Shown here piece after piece: positions 51,289 to 59,697 of a stretch of 64,000 nucleotides of DNA (position 1 is the first letter of the stretch; the number at the start of each line of letters is the position of its first letter). The translations under genes were made by a program, and so were the position numbers. The notes under the pieces were generated by a model. The model had not been told where the DNA came from. It was given only the letters and a program-made list of their open reading frames with translations, and searched no databases. The stretch lies in sequence record DRR723986_5155. One strand, written 5' to 3'.

Positions 51289-54200
51289 ATGACCGTTAGC
51301 GCTTCAACCCAGATTCCGAAGACATCAGATCCTTCTGTGTTTCAGCGGCAGTGCAAGGTGCTGTTTGAATGTGTACTCGGCGACCCTGGCGTACAGGAGT
51401 TTGGGTCGTCGGGTCAGGCGCAACACGGCATTGATATTCTCGGTAGGCGTAAATCGGTCGCACTCGATCACTGGGTCGGAATTCAATGCAAGCTAAAGGT
51501 CAAAGCCGAAAAGCTTCCCAAAATTACAGTCCGCGAGGAAGCTGAAAAAGCGCTAAAATTCGAACCGGCGCTGAAGGAGCTTATCATCGTTACAACAGCG
51601 TCCGATGACGCTGTGCTTCACAAGGAAGCGGCCGCATTTACCGATGAACAGGCTAAAGCTGGTAGGGATTTCCACGTCCAGGTTTGGGGTTGGGGCACCC
51701 TTGAAACTCATATATTGCAGTACGAAGCAGCGACCAACGCATTTTCACCGGATGCGTTTCCTCATCTTAAACGTCTCCAGCACGGTCAGGAAACCCTTTC
51801 AGAACAGGTCTTGACCGGTCACGCTGAAATCAAGGACGTGCTCAGCCGGATTGTGCATACGATGGTTCTTGCACATCCCCCGCCGCCGCCGGCGACCGAG
51901 TCTGACGGCTCAAGTCATGACACATGGCTCGACAAGCAGATTGACCAGTATCGAGATCTTATTGACGAAGGTAATTCCGCAGTCGCACTGAAAATGCTGG
52001 AAGCGCTGTGGGGTGAGCTATCCGATGACACGCCGGATCGTATTCGTTTCAGGGTCAGGGCGAACATTGCTGCATGCCGATTGCGATTTGGCGAGCAAGA
52101 AGAGGCGGGTGGTCTTTACCTGGAAGCATACGATTGGGCTCCTCAAGAACCAAAAGCCGCAGCTTTAAAGGTGCTAGGTTTGACGTTGCTCGGACGCCCG
52201 CAAGATGCCTATGATTTCGGGCTCTCGATGCTCGGAACAACAGCCGAAAAAAGTGCCCTCGTAGGCCATATGCTGATGGCGGCACGGGTCTTACCTGACC
52301 TAGAGGACGCCTTCGCGGTAATACCGGATGAAATTCAAGACGACGCTTTCATTGCCGTTGCGAAGGTTGACTATCTGCGGGCGCGCAACACACCCGAGAA
52401 ATGGCATGAACTCGCAATTAAAGCGCATGCCGATCACCCCGATGACAAGACCCTTGCTCGCTTTGCAGCCGAAGCGGCCATTGATGAGGGATGTCGGTGG
52501 TCGGACGAACACAGGCGAGGGCTCCTTCCTGTCGAGTTGGAAAAGAACGTTCGCGTAGCGATTGAAGCACTTTCGCCGCAGCTTGATGAGAACCTGAAAA
52601 AGCCGGATTCCGTCAGGTCGTTCGACGAGGCACTTTGCTCGAACCTTGCCACAGCATACCGGCTCTTGCGTGACCTGGATAAGGCAAGGGAAACGGTTCG
52701 AAGGGGACTTGCAATTGCACCTGACGACGAGGGGCTTCTGCAATATCTGGCAATGATTTCCCTCGAGGACGGAACCGCTGAAGAAGCCGCGAAATTGCTT
52801 GATCGGCTCCCGGATTCTCGGGATAAAGTTTTTGGCCAATTGCAGGTCTACGCAACTCGCGGAGCTTGGGGTGACATCCTCGCGTTGAGGGACGAAACGG
52901 AGATTTCTGAGTATTCAGAAGACGATCAAGCCTTTTTCGAGGCAATTGTGCTTCTGGCTCGGTTCCGGCTCGGCGAGGTTGCCGAGGCTAGTGCTGATGT
53001 CGATGCGCTGCTGGCGAAGTTTGGCGGTCAGCCCATTGTTCCCATTGTCTTGTACGAAATTGCCGCATCGCGGCAGGATACTGAATGGTCTGCTGCTCTT
53101 TATCTGGAGGCCAGAGAAAGGCAGGGGCATTTGAGCTTTGCGACACGGCTGATGCTCGCTCGTGTTGCGGAGTATGAAAACGATCCCGAGACCGTCATCG
53201 ATCTTCTGTACGGCCAGATCCCCGTCGGCCGAGATAGTGACGAGTTGCGGTGTTTGGCGCGGGCATTTGTCAACGCCCCACCACGTCAAGATGCAGTAGC
53301 CTTTGCCGAGCAGCTACCGGAGGAACTTAAGCACGAAGCCTTTTATGCCAGGGCGATAGGCAGCATCGACTTCAACCGCGGCGCGTTAGCGTGCGCAGAA
53401 GCGGCATTTAGAGAGGCGGTTGTGGCCGATCCTGCCGATGTGGTTGCCCACCTTGGCCTGATCAACACATTTCTGAGAATGGGCAGAAGGGATGAAGTTA
53501 CGGAGTATCTGCGTCCCCTGGATCTCTCTGCTCTCCAGGGGCCCGCTGAGCCGAAACTAGGGCTCGCTCAATTGCTGGTCCATTTCGGACGTGCTGAAGA
53601 TGGCCTTGCATACGGATACGATGTGGCGCAGCAAAACCGCAATAACGGCCGCGCCTGTCTGCTTTATGTTGGTCTAATTCTGCCGGAAACGACAGATCTG
53701 CGTATTCCCGAAATTGGCGAGGTGGTATCAGTCGATTGCTCGGTCGAGATCGAGCGTGGTGATGGGAATACGCGCAAAGTCACAATCGAAGCCGGTCCTG
53801 ATAGGCCTGACAGCGAACGCTATAATCCGGCGCATCCTTTCGCTCAGATTCTAATCGGGGCAAAGACCGGCGATATCGTCGTCTATAAGGCTGGGGGTGG
53901 TACACCGCAACGTTGGCGCATCCTTGGTTTCAAGCACAAGTACCTCGGTCTTCTTCACGACATCATGGAGACCTTTCCGGCACGATTTCCGGATATTGGA
54001 GGCTTATATGTTTTTGAATCGCCGAAAGGCGATGTCGAGCCGGTTCTGGAACAAGTCAAGTCAAGGTCCGAAACTGACGTCAGGATGTTCGACCTGCATG
54101 TAGCCGAGAGCTTCCCCCTTTGCTTGCTTGCGGCGCTGATGGGCCGTTCCACTATGGAGGTCGCGAGCCAGCTATCTTTGCGCAACGCATTAATTAAGAC

Positions 54201-55248
54201 ATGTGTCGGAACTCATGGTGAACGCGAGGCAGCTAGTGCGTTAATCGCCAGTGCGAAGGGAAAGGGTATCGTGCTCGATGCCTACACTGCTTGGTGCGTT
54301 TATTCGGCCGGTCATGTCACCACACTGAAGAAGATGTTCTCTCGTGTCGCGTTACCGCAGTCCGTCCTCGATCAGTTTCGTATCTGGCGCGAGAAATATG
54401 AAGGTCATGGCGATCGGTCGTTGATGACGGTTGGGTACAAGGATGGTGAGTTCTTTCGTGAGGAAGTTTCTCCTGAAGATCTGCGCAAGTCGGCCGAGGC
54501 AATTGATGAAGCGATCGAGACTCTCAACCGCGAGTGCGAGATCTTGCCGGCCGCTGCGCCTGCGTCGCCATCTCAGTTGGAGCGGGTCATAGTCGATGTT
54601 GCAGGCGCGGCGTGCCTGGACCCAGTCTATCTTGCCACCTCCGAAGATCTGTTGTTGCTCTCTGAGGACCTCCACTACCGCAACATCGCAAGGCAGCTTT
54701 ACCAGAGGGATGGGGTCTGGCTTCAGGCTGTCCTCTTGACCGCGATTGCTGACAGCGTGATTGACATGACTGTTTACTCCCGGTCGGTGGTCGATCTGTC
54801 TGCAAGGAAACACGATTACGTGACGGTGAATGCTACTGTTCTCAAGGCGATTTCTGAGCAGGATGATGACGAGAAGATGCCTTGGCTTTCGGCTACCCTT
54901 GCCTTCATCGGTAACAGTTCAGCAGATATCGCGTCACATTCAAAAGTCGGGTTAGATTTCCTCTTGCTAATTTGGCGAAGCGCCGGAATCTGCACTCTGC
55001 GCAAACAGCGGGCATGTGGCATGACCCTCGACCGGCTGACATCAATGTGGGCAAAGCAAGATAAGGTCGCGATCTTCTTGAATAAAATGATCTCCCAGAC
55101 CGGGCATCGTCCTCAATTGCAGAGCTATATCCGCGATTGGGCGCGCGGCCACTTCATCATTCTGGATCGGCCTGCGGCAGCAATTGAGCCACCCAAAAAG
55201 CCTAGCAGAAAGAAAAATCGGCAAAGCCGTTCAACGTTCAAACGGTGA
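51289..55248 (+). CDS. REase-TPR-GreA/B-C-PIN multidomain conflict protein
   Basis: N-terminal QHGIDI..GIQCK nuclease motif; helical repeats; HPFAQILIGAKTGDIV (GreA C-terminus-like); GIVLDAY..LLSED (PIN). Confidence 0.85.
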   Translation: MTVSASTQIPKTSDPSVFQRQCKVLFECVLGDPGVQEFGSSGQAQHGIDILGRRKSVALDHWVGIQCKLKVKAEKLPKITVREEAEKALKFEPALKELIIVTTASDDAVLHKEAAAFTDEQAKAGRDFHVQVWGWGTLETHILQYEAATNAFSPDAFPHLKRLQHGQETLSEQVLTGHAEIKDVLSRIVHTMVLAHPPPPPATESDGSSHDTWLDKQIDQYRDLIDEGNSAVALKMLEALWGELSDDTPDRIRFRVRANIAACRLRFGEQEEAGGLYLEAYDWAPQEPKAAALKVLGLTLLGRPQDAYDFGLSMLGTTAEKSALVGHMLMAARVLPDLEDAFAVIPDEIQDDAFIAVAKVDYLRARNTPEKWHELAIKAHADHPDDKTLARFAAEAAIDEGCRWSDEHRRGLLPVELEKNVRVAIEALSPQLDENLKKPDSVRSFDEALCSNLATAYRLLRDLDKARETVRRGLAIAPDDEGLLQYLAMISLEDGTAEEAAKLLDRLPDSRDKVFGQLQVYATRGAWGDILALRDETEISEYSEDDQAFFEAIVLLARFRLGEVAEASADVDALLAKFGGQPIVPIVLYEIAASRQDTEWSAALYLEARERQGHLSFATRLMLARVAEYENDPETVIDLLYGQIPVGRDSDELRCLARAFVNAPPRQDAVAFAEQLPEELKHEAFYARAIGSIDFNRGALACAEAAFREAVVADPADVVAHLGLINTFLRMGRRDEVTEYLRPLDLSALQGPAEPKLGLAQLLVHFGRAEDGLAYGYDVAQQNRNNGRACLLYVGLILPETTDLRIPEIGEVVSVDCSVEIERGDGNTRKVTIEAGPDRPDSERYNPAHPFAQILIGAKTGDIVVYKAGGGTPQRWRILGFKHKYLGLLHDIMETFPARFPDIGGLYVFESPKGDVEPVLEQVKSRSETDVRMFDLHVAESFPLCLLAALMGRSTMEVASQLSLRNALIKTCVGTHGEREAASALIASAKGKGIVLDAYTAWCVYSAGHVTTLKKMFSRVALPQSVLDQFRIWREKYEGHGDRSLMTVGYKDGEFFREEVSPEDLRKSAEAIDEAIETLNRECEILPAAAPASPSQLERVIVDVAGAACLDPVYLATSEDLLLLSEDLHYRNIARQLYQRDGVWLQAVLLTAIADSVIDMTVYSRSVVDLSARKHDYVTVNATVLKAISEQDDDEKMPWLSATLAFIGNSSADIASHSKVGLDFLLLIWRSAGICTLRKQRACGMTLDRLTSMWAKQDKVAIFLNKMISQTGHRPQLQSYIRDWARGHFIILDRPAAAIEPPKKPSRKKNRQSRSTFKR

Positions 55249-55416
55249 CGCACCTCCAACGCTCGTAAACTAGACTCATCAGATGGGCGATACCCTTTTC
55301 GGCTGGCGTCATTCATTATTTCCTTCCGTGTTCGATTGCTGTCCGGGGCGCCGACTGCGGACATCAAGTCACAACGAGAAGTCAGGAGTTACTCTCTCGA
55401 TTTCGGGCAAAAGAGC

Positions 55417-55516
55417 AACTTGGCGGTTTTCCAGCCGAGTTTAGGGTCGGCAACTCGTGCAAAATTTGCACAGGTTCGATACCGGCATCAAAGAGGGCCG
55501 ACGGAGCCCCCTTTGA
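55417..55516. repeat. Two-unit palindrome mini-array plus terminator-like hairpin
   Basis: Units at 55417 and 55452 with a 10-nt linker, then TCAAAGAGGGC..GCCCCCTTTGA. Confidence 0.85.
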
Positions 55517-55517
55517 G

Positions 55518-56096
55518 TTATCTGTCTGGATGATGCCACGACGCCGCTCTATTGTCGTCGTCGCGATCTCTCGGGACATACTGGATAGAAAGCGGATCCA
55601 GCTCTGATGTCGTCAGTTTGGCATTTACAATGCGCGCAGCGACCCCCGCCCGAAGCCATTTCTCGATGGCACCGACATTAAACCGTGGTCGCCGACCTCC
55701 CGGCTCGGGAGTGGCCGCCGTATGAAGGGCGGCAGCAATTTCTTCAATGCGATAGAGACCAGCCCGGTTCGGATGCGGCATCGTGCGTTTTTGCAGAGCT
55801 TGCCGTTTGATGTTCAGTTTCCCGGCGACGTCCGCCAGGCTAACGAGGTCAGGATGGACTTCCCGCAGTTTTGTTCCCTCCGGCAACGCTTTGATCAATG
55901 CGCGAGCCGTTTCAACAATCGCGGCTTCGGCTTCCTCGCCTTCGGTTTCCAGTTCTACGCCGAGAAGTCCGGCAACACCCGTGCCGACCAATGCGTCTTC
56001 AAAGCCAGCTTCGAAAACAGCATTGGAGAGATCAATCGGATCGTGATCACCCTCGGGGAGAGCAAATACGAGTTCAAACTCGAAAGTCTCAGCCAT
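55518..56096 (-). CDS. Putative HicB-like antitoxin / DNA-binding protein
   Basis: FEFELVF..VFEAGFEDAL N-terminal domain plus DLVSLADVAGKLNIKRQAL HTH; overlaps the upstream gene. Confidence 0.7.
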   Translation of the reverse strand: MAETFEFELVFALPEGDHDPIDLSNAVFEAGFEDALVGTGVAGLLGVELETEGEEAEAAIVETARALIKALPEGTKLREVHPDLVSLADVAGKLNIKRQALQKRTMPHPNRAGLYRIEEIAAALHTAATPEPGGRRPRFNVGAIEKWLRAGVAARIVNAKLTTSELDPLSIQYVPRDRDDDNRAASWHHPDR

Positions 56097-56355
56097 CTTC
56101 GTTGTCCTTGTCGTCTTCCAGATTGATGCACGAAAGCGCCTTCTGCCTTAAGCTCTTCGTGTGACGCTCCGGGTTCTTCGGTGTCGACCAGACGGACATC
56201 TGACAAAATGTCCCGCATCGGCATTCCTTGTCGTTCGCCGGACACCTGAGAATTCCCCACACATGACCCTTGCCTTTAACGACAACCCAGCCAAGCTCCT
56301 CGAGCTCGCAGAGAACTGCCTCGATTTCCTTCGATGTGTGCCGACTACGACTCAA
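56089..56355 (-). CDS. Putative HicA-like toxin
   Basis: KEIEAVL..LGWVVVKGKGHVWG..VWSTP; 88 aa. Confidence 0.7.
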   Translation of the reverse strand: MSRSRHTSKEIEAVLCELEELGWVVVKGKGHVWGILRCPANDKECRCGTFCQMSVWSTPKNPERHTKSLRQKALSCINLEDDKDNEDG

Positions 56356-56582
56356 GGTAAGAACGCCCTCTTATTTTGTCAAATGACAACTTAAAAATTT
56401 CCTACGCCAACGAAGGCAGAGCCGACAGAAAAATGATCAGCGGCCTCTCAAAAAGTAACCCCCCGGTTTTGAGCTCGGTCCGAAGACCGGTCGCCTGGGG
56501 GGTGTTGTTGATGTCAACGATAGTCGGACGGGGTTGAGAGCTCAATGATTTTCGGAAGGGCTGCAATTTTGACGCCTGGAAT

Positions 56583-57392
56583 TCAAATGGCGGTGTCGTC
56601 TCGACGACGAAGCAAATAAACGCTGACGGCGCTTGCCACCGTCACAACGAGTTCGGCCTCTTCGAATGCCGGATCCCGTCCTTCTTGAAGATGCCGGCCT
56701 TCTTGAGAGGTGAACCCCCAAAGTTTCTCAAGAGCGACGTCCATTGGTGGCGGCAGCTCAAGATGTTTGATGATTTTGCCGAGCGTTTGGTTGCTTCCAG
56801 CGACTTCACGGGCAACGCATTCAAGCGCTGCCATTGCGTGCTGGATGGCACCGGAAATATCCGCCTTCGGACGGCGGGAGATATCACGAAGAGCCTCATG
56901 GATCTCATTGGCAGCGGTTGGCGCTCCGGACCTCGCCATCACCTCTGTCGCGTGGCCTGTTGCCATGGCGAAGGCCTCGGAACCGCGGGCGACGAGAACG
57001 CCCTCCTTCATCTCCCAGCCGACGCCTTGCTCGCGAAATAGCTGGTTCAATTGTCCTTGAAACCGTTGCCGCGCCTCACCGTCGTAGTCACGCTCCCCAA
57101 TCTGCCGATACAATCGTTCTGCAAAGTCGTAGATTTTGTACCAAGGTGCGTCATCAATCAGCCCGGACACCTCGTGCTCAACATTGCTATCGGACCAATT
57201 CCTGGGGTCCGGACGCTTTAGCAACGCGGTGCAAAGAAGCTCTCGCATCCCCTTGGGGCCGAAGCCAGCGTCATATCCGAGCATTAAGATCCCATCGCGT
57301 ACCACTTCAGGCGCGTCCTCACGGATCGTTATCTCGGCATCAGGACCGCGATAGCCAAAGCGTTCAGAAAATGATCGGTTGGAGTCGTCCAT
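56583..57392 (-). CDS. AbiJ-like protein (AbiJ_NTD4-type N-terminus, HEPN-like C-terminus)
   Basis: SFSERFGY, WYKIYDFAE, ALECVAR..TLG..GRH. Confidence 0.75.
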   Translation of the reverse strand: MDDSNRSFSERFGYRGPDAEITIREDAPEVVRDGILMLGYDAGFGPKGMRELLCTALLKRPDPRNWSDSNVEHEVSGLIDDAPWYKIYDFAERLYRQIGERDYDGEARQRFQGQLNQLFREQGVGWEMKEGVLVARGSEAFAMATGHATEVMARSGAPTAANEIHEALRDISRRPKADISGAIQHAMAALECVAREVAGSNQTLGKIIKHLELPPPMDVALEKLWGFTSQEGRHLQEGRDPAFEEAELVVTVASAVSVYLLRRRDDTAI

Positions 57393-57470
57393 GACGTGTG
57401 TCTGACCTATGCCTCGAATTAACGTCCCAAGGAACGTTAGATCTAGCCTTTCCATTGCGGGCTGTCATCC

Positions 57471-57530
57471 AACCTGGCGGTTTCTCCGCCAAGTTCGATG
57501 ACGGCAACCTGGAAGGATCCTTTACAGGTT
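57471..57530. repeat. Two-unit palindrome mini-array
   Basis: AACCTGGCGG TTTCT CCGCCAAGTT, 10 nt, AACCTGGAAG GATCC TTTACAGGTT. Confidence 0.85.
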
Positions 57531-57573
57531 CGATTTCGCCCATTCCCGACCGGATGCCGATGAGGGGCAAACG

Positions 57574-58318
57574 ACGTCGGATTTCCGATGGACTTACGAT
57601 GGATTAACGCCCCGATGATCTCGAAAACCGAGGAAACGCCTGCGGTCGCGGCTGTTTCGGTTTCGATGGATTAACGTCGGATTTCCCTTGGATTAACGGG
57701 GTCGAGAGCCGTCCTTGATGTCAACAATATACGGCTGGGCCACGGATTTCGGGCGGTTGGGAGGCGCTATACGTGTTTCGCAGTTTCCGTATAGCTGGGG
57801 CGGCCGGAGATCGGCGGCTCATCTCATGCGACATCAAGCGAATTCCCCGGCGACGATCATCCTGGACGGCGGCGGATTCGATGTTTCGGTGGCGATGGAT
57901 TAACGCTGGATTTCCGATGGATTAACGGTTGGATTAACGTCGTGCATCCCTCGTAAGGCGAGGGTTCCCCTAGGTTTTTCGGCTTCTGTAGCTTGATGGA
58001 TTAACGTCGGATTGCCGATGGACTTTCTCCCGGAGAGCACGCCCTTCATGTCAACAATATACGGCTAAGCCACGGGTTTCGGGTGATTTCGCGGCTCCTG
58101 GTCGTAGCGGCCGGGCGGCGGCCAACGTCGAACCATTAGGAGATTCCGAATAGTTGCCCTCGACGGCGATGGATCCCTGTCGGATTTCCGATGGATAAAC
58201 GTCGAAATCGTTGACGCGATGAGGCAACGCCTTGGGTTTTCGATAGCGGTGGTTTGATGGATTAACGGTGGATCACCGTGATCGACGACGAAATCCCGTC
58301 CCCGATGTCAACAATATA
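57574..58318 (+). repeat. Iteron-like direct-repeat region
   Basis: TGGATTAACG core in 8 exact and several degenerate copies; 22-bp unit GATGGATTAACGTCGGATTTCC; ATGTCAACAATATA three times. Confidence 0.9.
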
Positions 58319-58689
58319 AGGCGGACGCACGCGTCGTTACGGGCGGCTCCGTCCGCCCGCCGGGTTTTCGGGCGCTCACGCTCGACGCCGAAACCCCAAA
58401 AACCGCAGAAGTCAGCGGTTTTCTGCTCCTTTGGAGCCATCTCAAGGTTGGAACCGACATCGATTGAAATCGCGGTAACTCCCGGAGGATGGGGAACCGT
58501 GGGTGCCCAACCGTCAACGAAAGAGCCAGATTTGAGGCCGCGCCTCCAACGGCACACCGACGCTTCGCTCTGGTGCACCGTTTCCGGCGAAGCTTCTAGG
58601 ATTTCGGACCCCCTGACGGGGGAATTGAAAGCGAAATCCATTCTTTGAAATCGACACATTCGGTCCGAGACCGGAATGGTGTTCTTGGA

Positions 58690-58865
58690 GGGGTGTATTG
58701 CTCAATAGCTTGGATCAGTGGTTGTGGAAAGCGCCCGGCGCTTTTTCGCAGTACACGTTACGCAGGTCCCCTGGGGTTTTCGTGGCCTTCGGCCCCGTTA
58801 GGAAGCCCGCCGTTGGCGGAATCCTGCCGTTGGCAGGGTGGCCACACACTGTCGTTTTGTGGCTT
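58690..58865. other. Candidate oriT region
   Basis: Non-coding and hairpin-rich (CCGCCGTTGGCGG, CCTGCCGTTGGCAGG, GCCACA..TGTGGC), upstream of the mob operon. Confidence 0.4.
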
Positions 58866-58921
58866 GCATCGCTTTCGCCGACGATTTCCTCCGAATTCGC
58901 ATTCCAGCAAAGGGGAAATCA

Positions 58922-59257
58922 ATGACACTGAATAGCCACCTCCAGAACTCCGTCTTTGGCTCCATCGGTCCGGTATCGGTAAAGACGGTCACCCGCGTTC
59001 AACCTGTCGAACGGAAACCTAAATCGCGGGTTGCCGGGTTCCTTCTGATCGACGGCACCTGGATCGAGTTTCCGACGACGGAAATGAAGCACGACATGTT
59101 CGCCGACATCGAAGAGCACGTTGAGCACTCAGTTCAGTTTGCGGACCTCCGCTCCACCATCGCTTTCCCTCGATATGAGCGCCAGACAGCCCGCTCCGGA
59201 AACTCGCTATCCGTCCATCCCCTGATCATTCTTTCCAACCCGAGGCTCTCTCGATGA
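58922..59257 (+). CDS. Hypothetical protein, first gene of the mob operon
   Basis: AGGGG RBS; ATGA overlap with the next gene. Confidence 0.65.
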   Translation: MTLNSHLQNSVFGSIGPVSVKTVTRVQPVERKPKSRVAGFLLIDGTWIEFPTTEMKHDMFADIEEHVEHSVQFADLRSTIAFPRYERQTARSGNSLSVHPLIILSNPRLSR

Positions 59258-59691
59258 CCGAACGACGCATTCGCATTCAGCTGTCCGAGCCAGCGATGGC
59301 CATCCTGGACAAAGAGACTGCAAAGCACCAGCAGGGTGATGTCATCTCGTCTGCCTTGTTGGCCTATGCCGACAACAATGAGCTTCGCGCCGTCGCCGAG
59401 CATCTTCGCGAGACGGCCGAGATCGCCATTGCCGATCGTGATGCCTGGAAGGCCCGGTACGAGGTCCTCGAGGCCGCCCTTCTGACACAGGCCCGTTTCG
59501 CCGCGTCCGTCGGTGCCGCCATCAACAAGAACGCCACGGTCTCGGCGATGGAGCGGGTTGCCCGCTACAACGAAGAGGACGAGGTGAGCGAAGACGATCT
59601 CCGCTACTTCAGCGAACAGGCGCAGGATCCGGAATACAATAAGAGCTGGGACGAACTCGTCAGCGAATCCGTGAAGGTCATCAGGGGATAA
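59254..59691 (+). CDS. Putative relaxosome accessory protein (RHH-like N-terminus plus coiled coil)
   Basis: RRIRIQLSEPAMAILD..GDVISSALLAY strand-helix-helix pattern; directly upstream of the relaxase. Confidence 0.65.
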   Translation: MTERRIRIQLSEPAMAILDKETAKHQQGDVISSALLAYADNNELRAVAEHLRETAEIAIADRDAWKARYEVLEAALLTQARFAASVGAAINKNATVSAMERVARYNEEDEVSEDDLRYFSEQAQDPEYNKSWDELVSESVKVIRG

Positions 59692-59697
59692 GCTACC

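Noticed and set aside
57916-57939. CtrA boxes in the TTAAC-containing repeats
   Set aside because: Spacing is TTAA-N8-TTAA or 22 bp, not the N7 consensus.
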